In this document: positions 38,716-52,560 of the stretch, piece after piece | How positions within the stretch are numbered: the first letter of the stretch is position 1 | Layout: the number at the start of each line of letters is the position of its first letter | Assembly (NCBI GenBank): GCA_034780895.1 | Contig: JAUZTB010000087.1 | Coordinates: 87,678,936 to 87,742,935, forward strand | Direction: 5' to 3' | DNA length: 64,000 bases | Origin: Rhynchobatus australiae | Lineage: Eukaryota | The notes under the pieces: model-generated | The model's input: the letters and a program-made list of their open reading frames with translations, nothing else | Told to the model about the DNA's origin: nothing | Database searches by the model: none | Made by a program: the position numbers and the translations under genes

Positions 38716-41700
38716 TTCAAAAAGTTTAAGGTTTAAATCATCCAAGTACTGGAGATGTCTCTTGAACCATTGCTGTGGAATGGATGAAAACTTTATTCAA
38801 CAGTTCTCAAATGTGGATTTAGGAGGATAAATATTCAGAGACTTGGTAATGGAAGAGATTAATCATACTGGCACCAAGACGGGAAATGAAACCAAACATT
38901 GCTTTATATTAAGTCATTGTGAGAGTATACATAGCTGGGTTCAAGTTTCTCAGGAGCATTTGTGGAATTTGATACAACATACAAGGGCCAAGACGCATCT
39001 CAATCTTGTTGCCAGAGAACATCTGTTCTCTACGAAGCCTTGGGCCTCAACAAATCTCAGTGAAACTTAACACCCTGTTCACAGTATGAACAAAGCATTT
39101 AAAATTTCCAGCCCTACAACATTTTACCACTTGCACTTTATTTACTGAACAATCTTTCTATTCCTAGAACTACATCTACTAGATAAGCAGATTAATATCC
39201 AAGGATCTCTTTCAATTTCACTCCAGCTGGTTAATCACTTTTCAAAAATGATAAAGAGTTGTCCTTTTTTTCATCTAATGTTCAGTGACTTATAGCCACC
39301 TGTAGATTTTACCTAGCTTACCTTGCTTGTCAAGTTTTATATCAAATATGACTGGTTTCCAGGGCTGTGACCAAATTGCTTTGAGTATTTTTAATCTAAG
39401 TTGTTGACGTAAATTAGTATCAGTAGAAGTCTTAGTGCCAACTCCTGTAGCTTTTCACACAGTACGTGATCCTCATCTCAACATCACACTCAATGGGAAG
39501 CTAAAGGAAGTGTTCCTTAACTCTATGATAACTTCATCTGTCTTTAATTAATGTTATTTAGATAAGACTAAAACTGTTTTCCTTGTTAAAGATGAATTTG
39601 CTTGTAATTTGCCCAATTTGAAACCGTATTTACAACACAAACATTTACTGAACTATTACAGTTTCCATACCTGTACTTCCCGCTAAGACAAATGTATGCA
39701 GTGACAAATTCAACACCAATAACACCATGGTGATGTGGCATTTTCTCAAATATAAATGCAATTTACACCAAACTTTGACAGAGCAGAATTTCCTATGTCT
39801 TTGTTCTTTACTCAATTTAACTACTCCTGTTCATGAAATCAGGATATAATGTAGATTGGAATTTCACTAAGAGCAGTGTCTGAGTTTTATTTTATGAAAG
39901 GAAGTCAATCTACATGGCCCCAGCAAGATACTGGTATTCAACTGAAAATCAAAGGTCACCAAATGCATGTCTATAGAACTGCGCTGTGAGTAAACAGTCC
40001 AAAATGGCCTGCAAACTTTCATCTGTTAAACTATTTCATGCAAACTTTGTCCAATGTGGCATTAATACCTTTCTTTTTTTCTGATCAATTTTTATGTTAA
40101 TAATATGCAAAAAGATCAGTACAAAGCATAACTAACACATAGCACATGCCATTAGGGTAATGAAAGTATGCAACAGGCAGTGGGGTTAAAATGAACAAAC
40201 TGGTACACAAGTTGACCAATTAAGATTGAAGAGACGGTATTCCTTCCCCCACCACACCTCCCCCCACCACCCTCAAGCAAATCCAGGTGAAAAATAATCA
40301 GCCAAAGAATGGTTTAATAATGATAATATCACACCTCTAGAGGTTGACTCAGTCCTGAAGATGATCAATAATTTGACTTTATTTTTCAGGCTTTTCATGT
40401 TAAGGGCAGATGTTTCCTGTCATGAGGGAACTAGGCTTATAGTATTAGAATATGTTGCTCAAGAACAGAAGGAATTTCTTCTCTCAGAGGGTTGTGATTT
40501 TTTGGAAATGACTAACCCCAGAGAGATGTGGAGGCTGAATGACTGAATATATTCNNNNNNNNNNNNNNNNNNNNNNNNNNNNNNNNNNNNNNNNNNNNNN
40601 NNNNNNNNNNNNNNNNNNNNNNNNNNNNNNNNNNNNNNNNNNNNNNNNNNNNNNCAGAACAGGTTCAAGGAGGCATATGGTCAGCTCCTGCTGTAATATG
40701 ATCCTACAGCTGATCCAACCAAAAGAATATCACAGTTGAGCCCAGCCCTGGGATCCAACTAGGATTTTGTAAATTACTATCTGGTGGGTGATCACTAAAA
40801 TATGTGTTATGCATACTATCAACTTATTGTTGATAAGGGTTTTATATTTATAAATGAAGCTATTTAGATGACTTTACAGAATAACAACATCTCCTGAAAA
40901 ATGAGCAATAGCAGAGAGGGAGGGAAGCAAAATATGAGATGAGAAAGAGGGCCCATCCTCATGCTTAGGTTAAACGCTATAATGCCTGACAACAAGATTC
41001 AGTATAGCCAAAAATTCAACCGAACAATGGTGCATTAAAAGAGCCATTATTAAAGAATTAAATCGAATGCTAAATTGTTTTCCAGACAGCAACCATTGCT
41101 TTGCAACAAACCATGATTACCTACTGCACTATCAAATATTCATTTAGATAAACAGGCAATTGCCAAATGTGTCGATAAAAATGTGGGTGGTGATCTAATG
41201 CAAAGGAAGGTAAATGGGTCAAGGAAAGCACAAAACACAGAAATGCGAGATGGGCAGGTTGAATTTATATGCAAATTTCCAAGGATGAGCAATTCTGTGC
41301 AGTGATTGTGAATAGCCTGCATGTATAAATATACTTCATCATAAACGTGTACTTTTGCAGTTTCTTGTTCATTAGAGAAAGTAAACACAAATTGTGTAAT
41401 TATTCTGGAAAAATCATCTCCCTTTTGTTTCATGTATGATCATAACTTCCTTTAGCTCAATTATTTCCCCTTCTATTTCCATTCTGATCTTTATATTTTT
41501 AGCTCACATTATGAAGACTNNNNNNNNNNNTTTAAAAAAAAGGATGAAAGTGTATACAAATATTGTAATTCTGGAATCTAAATCCAAACCTTGGCAATGC
41601 AAAAGCGGTATTAAATGTTTAATTTTTTTTCAATGGTCACGTATAGCTTACAGGAAAAGAGTCCAATTAGCCTCATCACAATTCAGTTCCACAAATCCAG

Positions 41701-42224
41701 AATTAGTTTTACAATCATCTATATACAGGCCAAAGAAAATGTTCTGTTGAATATGCTGGCCCTGGCATGCAGGGGTGTAACTGAGAATTCATTCTGCCTT
41801 ATGGAGAATAGGAAATATCACTGGCAATGATAGCAAATGCCTAATGCATTTGTATTTTATACCCCGTCTGCAATTTTACCAGAGACAGAGACACCAATCT
41901 GTACAAGGTCAATTGAGCTGCCAGAATTGCAGACAAGGAGATGTTATATGGACACTTTAAATGCTCAGTTTCTCACATGGTCAACAGCAATTTCTTTCCC
42001 TGAATCTTCGGAACCTGGCTTTGAATTGTTTGATAAATTATATGTATCAGAAAATACTAGTTCAAACAGGTTATTTAGCTTGCACCATCTTTCCTCACCT
42101 TAATTAAAATGCAGGTAGGAAAAAGGAGCACTGTCTCTTCAAGTGTAATCATGGGTTACATGAGAAAAATATGGTTTTAACTGATAAATTCCAATTTTCA
42201 GTATTGTTAAGTAGATAGAATTAC

Positions 42225-42263
42225 CTCATTCTATCACCCACTGCCATTCCTCTGAAAGTAAAT
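42225..42263 (-). CDS. DCAF6: DCAF6 39-nt microexon, probably alternatively spliced
   Basis: Polypyrimidine tract then gatag|ATTTACTTTCAGAGGAATGGCAGTGGGTGATAGAATGAG|gtaatt; phase 2-2; reads (R)FTFRGMAVGDRM(R), resembling the FNIRGTTIGDRIM insert I recall from mammalian DCAF6 isoforms. Confidence 0.82.
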
Positions 42264-43524
42264 CTATCAAGGAGAAAAAGAATAAGGGCTCAGGTTATAC
42301 ACAAGCAGCCTGGGGTATCATAAATCTGATGCCATATTTCCAGAACCCCGTCAACATCACTGGAATGAAACATTTCAAATATGCTCCTTAAATGACAGTT
42401 TAATCATTGTGGCAACTTCAATGGTCTAACGTACATTGTCATTATAAAACATTACTATACAAATAAAAGTATATCAAAAAGATTCATGTCCAAAGCTGCA
42501 ATACCAGCCCCAATTCTTCATTTCTTAAAATGTAATATATGAATATGGATGTAACATTTTTAAGTTAACACCAATCAAATAGCATAATATACTACTTCTT
42601 GTAACAAAGTAATAAATGATCTTTTTATGATTTGAGGCTTTGGTGAACTAATCAAGTTTGAATCATAAATTTTATATTCTCAGTATTAAATTTAAAACAA
42701 ATCTTTGTACTTGCAACACTGCCATGCTTTTGGTTATCAGCCAGCTCCTAAAACAATTGGTTTATTTGTTTGGTAGACATAAAGATACTGACTTTAAAAG
42801 ATATTTGTCTGCATTAAAATAATTGTCTGCATTAATATTAAATAACATATTAATGCAAATTAGTTGAAATATTAATGAGTTTGTCTAATCAGAGCCATTT
42901 GTAGTTCAGGGCAGGAGATAAATTACACTTTATCCCTTGCATCTAACATTTTGTATACAAAAAAATTTCAGTAAAGCTNNNNNNNNNNNNNNNNNNNNNN
43001 NNNNNNNNNNNNNNNNNNNNNNNNNNNNNNNNNNNNNNNNNNNNNNNNNNNNNNNNNNNNNNNNNNNNNNNNNNNNNNTAAAGAGTGAATTCATAGATGT
43101 GGACCTCAAAGAGTGGTAGGAATTTGGAACTCTCTCCCCCTAGGAGAGGCGGTAGCTGCTAATCAATAACTAACTCAATAAACTGCTTGGAAAGACATCT
43201 GGGGCAAAGATACTGAAACGTAGCTGAGGTTGACATCAGTTGCAATCTAACCAAAATCACACCAGAGGGGGGGCTGAATGGCCTATTACTGTTCCCACAT
43301 TAGGTTGAACAGAGATTTCTGTGCTAAGAATTCAACGCATTTCAAGCCAGGTAACCAAGGGGATGTTCTTCCCAAGAGGCGGCCATCCAAGGACCAGTGG
43401 ATGGTGATTTAATACTTTGGGCAATTATGTGGAGAGGGGAACTGAGGATGGAGCTTTTTCAGTGCAGAAAGTGGGGATGATCTAAGACTCACTGCCTGCA
43501 CTGGTGGTGGAAACAGAGTCAATC

Positions 43525-44165
43525 ATGGAGTCATACAGCATGGAAGCAGGCCCTTCGGCCCAACTCATCCCTTCTGACCATGGTGCCCACCAAGCTAGTG
43601 GTGCCCATTTGCCTGCGTTGGTCCCATTTCCCTCTCAACCCTTCCTATCATGTGCTTATCAAAATGTCTTTTAAATGTAGCTATTATACCTGCCTCAACC
43701 ACTTCCTCTGGCAACTCGTTCCATATACGCACCACCCTCTGTGTGAAGAAGTTGTCCATTAAATCTTTCACCCCTCACCTTAAATCTACGCCCTCTAGGT
43801 TTTAGTTCCACTTCCCTGGGAAAAAAAGACTATGTGCGTTCACCCAGTCCATATCCCTCATGATTTTAGACACCTCTGTAAGGTCACCCCTCAATCTCCC
43901 TCATTCCATGGAATAAAGTCCTAGCCTGCCTAACCTCTCTCTCTAACTTGGGCCTTCGAGTCCTGGCAGCATCCCTGTAAATCTTCTCTGCACTCTTTCC
44001 CAGCTTAATGATGTCTTTCCTATAGCGGGGCGGCCAAGACTGTACACAGTACTCCACGTGCAGTCTCACCAAAGTCTTCTACAGTTGCAGCATAAGTTTC
44101 CCAACTCCTAAACTCAATGCCCTGACTGATGAAGGCCAGGGTGCCAAGCGTCCCCTTCACCACTC
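43525..44165 (-). mobile_element. CR1 LINE 3' end
   Basis: LVRLHVEYCVQSWPPRYRKDIIKL from the CR1 ORF2 C-terminus, plus the 3' UTR. Confidence 0.88.
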
Positions 44166-44399
44166 TGGATCAGTGTCAAAGAAAGAGAATTGCGAGAGAA
44201 TAATGTGCACGGTTGCGGGGCAGGAATGGAGCTGAGAGAATTGCTCTGCAAGGTGCCAACTTAGGTTCAATGGGCAGGATGGCTGCTCCTGTTACTTAAC
44301 AATCCTATAATTTTACAGGTGAATAAAAATGTTATCTCCTGTAAATTGTGCTGGTTTGAGATTTGGGTTCATATAACGTGTTAAAAAGAAAACCTTCCC

Positions 44400-44825
44400 A
44401 CATTCAGTGATGACATACTGACTGATCCCATCAGCCTGCCACAGAATCAGCCAACAGAAAAACAGGCTTGGCCCTCCATTGCAGCACCAAGTGTGTGCTG
44501 CACAGTTGGAAGTGCCATCGTTCGGATGAAGGGTTAAACTGAGCCTCCGGCTGCCTTCATGGCACCATTCCGAAGACGAGCAGGGGAGCTCTCCACGGTG
44601 TCCTGGTCAACACTACCCCTCAGCCAACATCGTTGAAAAAGCACAGGCGATCTCTTCGCCGTCACAATACAGTTTGTGGAAGTTTGTTGTGTTCAAATTG
44701 GCTGTTGCGTTCCCGCATTACAGCAGTGGCTGCTCTTCAAAGGAACTTAATTGGCTGCAACGTGTTTCAGCGTATTCCAATACTGTGAAAGGGACCACAT
44801 TAAGGAACGCCTTTCTGTATAATGG
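44400..44825 (+). mobile_element. Deu-domain SINE (SacSINE1/AmnSINE1-like)
   Basis: GTGCCATCGTTCGGATGAAGGGTTAAACTGAG and GAGCAGGGGAG..CTCC..GGTGTCCTGGTCAA resemble the Deu-domain core. Confidence 0.7.
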
Positions 44826-45849
44826 GTTTGTGCTTATACTGAGTACTGTGCTGAAGCAGACCAGGAGTGGAAGCAGCACTGATAAACGACATAAACATTT
44901 TAATATTAATTACTTAATTTTATCTGATTTTCTATGTGTACAGGTTTATTACTCACAAAATAATGGCATTTTGCACCATTTGAAAACTTGAATCCTGCAT
45001 TTTTGAAGTAATCAAAAGCATTGCCAGTGCAGGGGACATGCAGTTCCATTATCTACTGCTCCTTGGACTAATTGTTCAGTGCAAGTATTCATGGCTTGGA
45101 ATTGGAAAAAGTGAGGCCACTACAACTGCAATTAAAGTTACTGTTTGATAGAAATATTCTACATACATTGAGATTATGTATAGTTTAACATCCATTTTTC
45201 AAATTAAAATACATTCCTAAAATATCAATGCGTGTCCATTTTTATGCAAGAAAATGTTAATATGTCAAAATTATTGGAAGTTAAATGAAAGTAATTAAAC
45301 ATTACTCTTTTAGTTTTGATATACAGTATAATAAAGTAAACTTAAAATTTTAATTTTCTTAGTAGCTTAAAATTTGACTGCACCCTCTTTTCTCCAGCTT
45401 ATTGACTTATTGCTGCAATTTTTTTATTGCTGCAAAGAAAACAGTCACTTAGATTGTATTCTAGCATGTGAAACATAACTTGTATATAGAACCCTTCCTG
45501 TAAATATGCAACGTCATGTGGTTAAGCACAGATGACTGCAAAGAAAATAGAAAACAAACCAAAAGGGGCATAGGAGAAGTAATTGAAAGCTTGATTGAAG
45601 AGATGAATTTTTCGAAGATAGGGTAATGTGGAGAGGTAGAGGAGTTTACAGACAAAATCTAAGTAATTAGGAGCCAAGGATTTAAGGCACTTCTACCAAT
45701 AATGGAGCAAAAGAACTTTGAGCTGTAAAATTGAACAAGATCACACAATTAACAAATTCAGGGAAGGGGATACGGGAGTGGAGATTCTGTGGAATACTGT
45801 GGGTCAAAGAAATGCTAATCTGCAAACTAGTAAGCCATCACAGAGACAG

Positions 45850-46500
45850 AGTCAGTGTCACAGAGCTGCACAACAGAGAAAGGGCCCTTCAGCTAAAAAT
45901 TGTCTACGCTGACTGTGATGCCAATCCATGCTAATCATTTGCCTCCATTAGGTCTGTATCCCTCTACTTTGTTCTTAAAGTACTTGTCCAAATGCCTTTT
46001 AAATATTGTAGACACAAAGTGTTTCTGCAGATGCTGGAATCTGGAGCAATACACACAAAATGCTGGAGGAACTCAGCAGGGCAGGCAGCATCTATGGAGG
46101 GAAATAAACAATTTTCCTGATGAAGGGTCTCGACTCGAAACATCGACTGTTTATTTCCCTCCATATTATTAACACTGCTTATTTCTTCCCTCTCAGCTTA
46201 AATCTGTGCCGTCTAGCTCTAGACTCCCTGACTGTAAGAAAAAGATTGTAACTACCCTGTCTATGCCCCTCATAATCTTATAAACCTCTATTAATTCACC
46301 CTTCAGCTTCCTACGCTCCAGTGAGAACAAGCCCAGCCTATCCAATCTCTCCTTGTAACTAAAGCCCTCCATTTCAAGCAACATTGTGGTGATTCTCCTC
46401 TGCACTCTTTCTAATGCTACCACTTTCCTCCTGTAGTGTGGTGATCAGAAATGTATTATACTCCAAGTGCAGCCTAACCAATGTTTTGTAAAGCTTTGAT
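45850..46500 (-). mobile_element. CR1 LINE 3' end interrupted by a Penelope mini-element at about 46010-46165
   Basis: ALERVQRRITTML..MEGFSYKERLDRLGLFSLERRKLKGELIEVYKIMRGIDRV; the CR1 tail resumes on the other side of the insert. Confidence 0.88.
46117..46147 (+). ncRNA. Minimal hammerhead-ribozyme-like motif (Penelope type)
   Basis: CUGAUGA-A-[GGGU CUCG ACUC stem-loop]-GAAAC-AUCGAC. Both core boxes are intact; the helix III palindrome has one change (ACAU instead of ACGU). Confidence 0.65.
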
Positions 46501-47629
46501 TTGGGAGATCACATCAATCCCAGTTATGTTAATGAAGTATAGGAATTCCTCTCAAGGAATATACAAATAAAAATACTCAAGAATATCGTTCAAAGTAACC
46601 ACAGAACTAAATTGGGAATACAAGTTAATGCAAGTGTTAGAAGCAAAACCTTCAACACTTGTATAGCAGTATGGATGTTGACAGTTTACAAAATAGAGTG
46701 AAATCCACATATTCTTAAATTCAATTTGTCATTAAAATTGCTGAAATTAAGTCCACAATTCATAAAAGGCAAAAGGAGTTAGAGATTTCTCTCAGCTGGT
46801 AATGCAAAGCGAGTCACTGATATCATCAGTTGGCCACTAAATGCAATTGCCAAAATTCAGTTCCATTACAGTAAATATTACCTATGAAGGTCAGAGATCA
46901 AAACCTATCTTCGTTGCACACCAAGGAAGGGAAATTTCTAACTTTATCATGTTGTTAAAAAAGTTAGAAAATGCATGTATATTATCCAGAAACAAACTGG
47001 TTTCAGCCTGTGACCCACACAACCCACCCATCTTTCGGTAACATATGTAAAATTAAGTAACTGCATTTAGTCCAAGGTAAGCCTGGCCTGCTCTGGTCTA
47101 AGATCACAGATGGGGATTTCCCAGTGTAATACTAGGGCATCCCGGCACATTATGGCTCTGCAGCTGGAGCCAGTGATGCAGCAGCATCTGGTCACTCTGC
47201 TCAGCCCAAAACTATGTCAGGTCCAAGCAAGCCCCAAGCTTCCTTCCCTGAGAATGGCTGAATATCTGTCGATGTAAGGTGATTGACACTATTATAGTAG
47301 ACAAAAGAAAAAAATGTATTTACCTGTTGGGGCCTCTTCTACTTTTTTTATCAAATCCTGACTGGTTTTACCTGGTAAGAAACCCATAGTGGTTGCCTAT
47401 AATGAAAGAAGAATCCTGTTAGCAATTAATGAGCAACCCAATAAGTTGCAAGTTTAACTTTGGTGAAAGACTAGTAAATATTGATATTTGTAGGTATTTG
47501 GATTTTGCTGTGCACCAATCACACAAAATTAACTTCTTAGGTGATCTTTCAAAATCAGGATTTGCTTCCACTTGTATGTGCGGGTTCTGTAGTGATGAGG
47601 CCGTTGAGGGACTGGAGATTTAGAGATGG

Positions 47630-48140
47630 GGGTAGTTTGTGAGGTGGTGCAATTTATTTGCTTTTTAAGCTGGGCTTTTGTGTGATCCCAGTGGATGGAA
47701 TCACAGTGCCTTCCCATATACATCTTTTCCCTTTTGGGCAGTCTTGTGCCAGGGATCTCCAAGAGTCAGCGGGGAAGTTGAATTTTTCAAGGTGGAATTT
47801 AGAACATTCTTGAACATCTTGTCCTCTTTCATGATCTGCTGATTTCTCCTCGTGACAGAGTTTGGAATAGAATATCCTTTTCAGGTTTAAGCACGCAAAA
47901 GATGTGGTTTGGCCAACTGAATGTAATTGGGCCTTCATTGCCAGATAATGTTGCCCTGGAGAGAATATTGATATTGGTTCTCTCCAGTGCACTTGGAGGA
48001 TTTTGTGGAAGTGGTGTCCCTCTTCAGTGCCTTGAGGTTCCTGGTCTAGGACTTGGAACACAGAGGAGGCAGGAATTGTTGCTGCCTGGAGACCATGAGC
48101 TTTTTGCTGAGTTTGGAACCACTAGTGTTGTGCAACATGT
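47630..48140 (-). mobile_element. RTE LINE 3' fragment
   Basis: LKRIFYSKLCH...KFHLEKFNFPADSWRSLAQD resembles the RTE ORF C-terminus. Confidence 0.65.
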
Positions 48141-51084
48141 GACTCAAAACAAACATTAGACAAAGTCAGTTTATTCAAGAAGTATTCTATTTAAAGAGCA
48201 GAAGAAACAACAATAGCAACTTCTCCCAGTAAAGGCAGGACATTCTTTCCAGAGAAGTGCAGAGGGTAAAGGCTGATTATATTATACATTTTGTGCATAA
48301 AATGGTCTTTATTATGTAGAGCAATGTAGTCACCAAGTTTGATTCAAGGGGCACTTCTTGCTAGTTAAAGTATTGTCACTATGCGCAGTCCTTATTGGTG
48401 AAGGATGGGACGGGGAAAACGAATGTCTTTCCCTCCCCTGAAGAAATGATGGCAATTAATATATAATTGAAGTTTTACTTAAATTTACCATTACTAATTT
48501 AAGATTCTGAGCTGTCATGGTTGGATTTGAACAGTCTTCTGGAACGCTAGATCTGTGACATAATCACTATGCTTTTGTACCCAACATGGAAACCCGAGTG
48601 AAATTTGGTGCTGACAAGATCCAGATAATTTTCCAGTTTTAACTGCCCATCCCTATGATTTATGTAGAGCAGACTGAATTAAAATTGTCCTGCTAATCTT
48701 TGAAATATTTCTTATTTCACTCAGAAGTACTAGTCAATCAATAAAGGTGTGTCCCTACATCACATATCTGAATAATGAAGAAAGGTTAATGAAATATAGG
48801 TCTTGGTAAAAAGAAAGTTTTCTGATTGAAGTTTTCATGATTATTAAAAGGATTGATCAGGGCATTTCTTTTATCATGAGGAAAGTTCAAATATTAGAGA
48901 ACACAAGTCAAAAATGAGGAAGTTAGAAGTTCAAAATAAGCAAATCAACTGAAACTCTTCAACCAATAAGTAATGAACTTAAAGAGTGAAATTTAAGTCA
49001 CATACATCCTGTAAAAATCAGATAGATCAGATGGATGCCCTGTCAGGCTTCACTTCATGCAATGATGACTTTGTCCACAAAATTTCTTAAGTCAGCCAAA
49101 TGTCAATTGGGATCCCATAAGACAATATTAACACAAACACATACATAGTCAATATTCTCACCCATCTCCCAACCCACAATAAAATCTTATAGGATTAATT
49201 TCACAGGCAATAAAATACATTATTCACAGAGGTATTCATTAGCATTAGAGGAGATTTTTGGAGTTGTATTGATTCTTGACGTTGGATGCTGCTTGTTCTG
49301 ATTGCTTATTTTCATTACTCATCCTGAATAAGCAATCAAGTCTTCTGTGTGTAAAAGGATTCACATGTATTGAGAATTGATATCTCCTTACTTACAGACA
49401 ATGATGATCAAAGATTATGGAAGGCCTTCCAACTCAGCTACTGCACTACAAACAGCCTGTGCTCTGGAAGTCATCCTGCTCATGGAACTAGAAGAGTTTA
49501 TGCCAGGACTATGTGCTCCTGCTCACTTGTGTGTTTCCCCTGATGCGGGTCCTTCCAATTGTCTTCTGGTGCTGATCTTTTGCATTCCAAATTGGAAGTG
49601 ATAAATGATGTCACTCTCCATGTCTGAAGGTATTAGTGCTTGCCCACTTTTGACTTTTCTCCTTCATTTCAGTACAAAAGATCACAAACTTTAATAACTC
49701 ATGAATTCTAATACTCCTCCCAGTCTTTCTCCCCTTCCTTTACCTCTGACCTATTTCACTCTCCCCCCCCCACCCCACTTACCCAGTCTTACCTCTTGCC
49801 ACATTTTCACAACCTTCATCATATCTTTGTCACTAATCCCAAACAATCAGTCCTCACCAGAGACCTCAGCTTTATCTCATTATGTCCCCACCTCAACGGA
49901 ATTCAAGCCTGACAGAGTGTTGTGCTCTTCTTCCTCTGGGTTCACCTCTGGGTCCATTTCTTTGGTCAAGAGTCACCACAGACTGCTGATGCTTTCGCCT
50001 ATCTTAAGAATTCCCAATCCACTTGGACTTTTCCCTTGGGCCTCTTATTCTCTCCAGATCTATTCATTGCTAAATGCTGGTGTGACATTGCCTGCCCCAA
50101 CTCTTTCCACTGTGCTTGCTCTGACCTACCTCACTCTGACGAAACATCAGCAGCCTGGAACATTAATGCTGTTTTTCTCTCCAGTCTTGCTGCCTGATCT
50201 GCTTTGTATTTCAGCATCTTATATTTGCATTCTATCAAGTTGCCATCCTTAAGCATTGCTGATGTGGTGTATACGTTGTAAATCCATCCCGAAAAACTCA
50301 GCATCTCCATGTACTCTCTTTTGCACATATTAATTTACTTTCTTTAAAACAGTCACAGTTTGTCTCCTCTCAGTGTGAGCTCATGTAGCCTGGTTCTTGA
50401 ATTTAACACTGTGCTAAATTCATCATCGAAATCTAACAATCTCTTAAGAATTTTGAAAATATTTTCATTATCATGATTGACATTAGCTAAGCCATCATTC
50501 ACTGACTTTCCAATCAGTACCTTCTTGATCTCTGTGGGCCAATCCATTAATGGATGTACTCAGTGAACCATTGACAAAATATCTTTATATTCCCCAAGAA
50601 ACATCATTGTGTAAAACTCTGATATTCTCTCAACTCACCAAACTCATCCTCTCTCCTACCTTCACCATTCCAAATATATCCACTCTCATCGCCCACCACC
50701 CCAAAATGCTCGTTAGTAAATCCACTCCAACTAACAAGACCATTCATACATCCCCACTCTCATCATCATAAACAAGCCTCTCATACACAAAGCAGATGGA
50801 CATGTGGAAAAGAGTGGACATCTTCAACCTAAAGCACATATCCTAATCCTCACATGCTAAATATACCCATTCATACACATTAACTACAAATATGCCCACT
50901 TATAAATCCCCAACATACCCACTTATACAATCCTTCCACACTTAACTTCCTCCATTCATATCTGTCAATATCCGCTCCCGAATCACACCCAATACTGAAA
51001 GTGAATTAATGCTTCACTGAGAGGGAAGGTACATTTTTATCACAGTATTTTTTACATTGGAACTTCTTATTCCCTTTCAACAGT

Positions 51085-51348
51085 CAGCTGGAGTAATTCA
51101 ATGGGGCAAGCAGCATCTGTGAGGGAAAAGGAATTGTCAACATTTTGGATTGAAAGCTGCTTTAGGACTAAGAACAGAGGGGGAGATAGCCAGCATCTCC
51201 GCTCTCCACTCCTAGTCTTGATGTAGGATTTTGATCCAAAATGTCGACAAATCCTTTCCCTCCACAGATTCTGCTCAACCTGCTGAGTTCCTCCAGCAGA
51301 TTGTTTGTTGCTCCAGATTCCAGCATCTGCACTCTCTTCTGTCTCCTT
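51085..51348. mobile_element. Inverted Penelope pLTR pair
   Basis: 51085-51190 is the approximate reverse complement of 51195-51300; same family as 14755-16152. Confidence 0.75.
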
Positions 51349-52249
51349 CTTATTCCCTTTCATTGTTACCATAGATTTTACACTGATTGGGCACAAAAGA
51401 TTCAAGCTCGCTTTACCAACAATACTGTCCCATTTTTTGCAGCTCTTACTATGCAAATCTTTTCTCACCTGACTTTAGTGTGCTGCCTTATGTAAAAAAC
51501 ACATTACAATTGATTACACTTCAAACACTTGAAAACATCTTTAAAGAAAAGCCCACAGTTTAGCATTTTATTTCCCATTTGTCACAGAAAGGAATTTATA
51601 AAAAGGTTAGATACCCCGGAACTAGGCCAGCAGAAACTCGGAATGCAAAGTGTCAGCTGACAGCTGTATTGCTATTGTTCAGGCTTCTCTACTCAAATAC
51701 AATGAAACAAAATCCAGTCTCAGTCTTTCACTGTTGAATGAACCTCTTCTCTGCCACAGAGATTGAATTAGATTACAAATGGTGTTGTGGATATTTTTAT
51801 AATCATGGTAGCTGTGAATATGGCTTTACTACAGATCAGAAATATGCTGTGATCTTTTCAGCACAAATACAGGGAAGCCTCTCAAGAGAAAGAAGGATAT
51901 AATATTAATAGAACAACATGTCTAGGAAACAGAACATTTAATCTGAGAAGCATTTTTAAATTAATCACTCCTGATCCTCAGTGTTGTCCAGGGAGTTTCA
52001 TGAAAACCCGAGGAATTCCAGAATTGCTTTCACCATTGGCCTTTAGTCTTTTTGGAACTTTTAGGGTTGCAGAGCTTAGCAGGGAAGATGAATCCTTCAC
52101 ATTTTCAGTCTCTGCTGCAATTTTAATTCAACCCATAAAGAACTAGATTTTCTTAAACATTGAGTTTAATGTCAGTATACCTTCTGTTAATTCTGGTAAT
52201 CCAAATATGAACCTGACCAACATTGCTTTTCTATCCAGGCACTGGCTTT

Positions 52250-52560
52250 CAAAGCTATTGATCCTGTCAGAAGGGTCAGAAATCAGGGGGCACATATCTA
52301 AAGTAAGTGGCACAAGGGTTAGAGGGGAGATGAAGGAAACAAGTTTCATCCAAAGGGGTATAGGCGTTTGTAACTCACTGCCTGAAAAGGTGATCGTAAG
52401 AGAAACCAACATTGCATTTGAACTATATTTGGATGTGTACCTGAAGACCCTTGACCTGCGAGATACAGACTGACTGCTCACAGGTGGTATTAGGTTGAGT
52501 AGCTTTTCTTTTGACCATCACAGATACGATGGGCTAAATGGCCTCCTCTATCGTAAATGC
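52250..52560 (+). mobile_element. CR1 LINE 3' fragment
   Basis: RGHISKVSGTRVRGEMKETSFIQRGIGVCNSLPEKV plus tail GATGGGCTAAATGGCCTCCT. Confidence 0.7.

Noticed and set aside
40335-40354. 20-nt AG...GT bounded segment on the minus strand as another DCAF6 microexon
   Set aside because: Not frame-preserving, weak polypyrimidine tract, no recognisable peptide.
49701-50252. 183-aa ORF
   Set aside because: Low-complexity Pro/Ser/Leu translation of a pyrimidine-rich decayed repeat ending in a Penelope-type pLTR; no splice or homology support.
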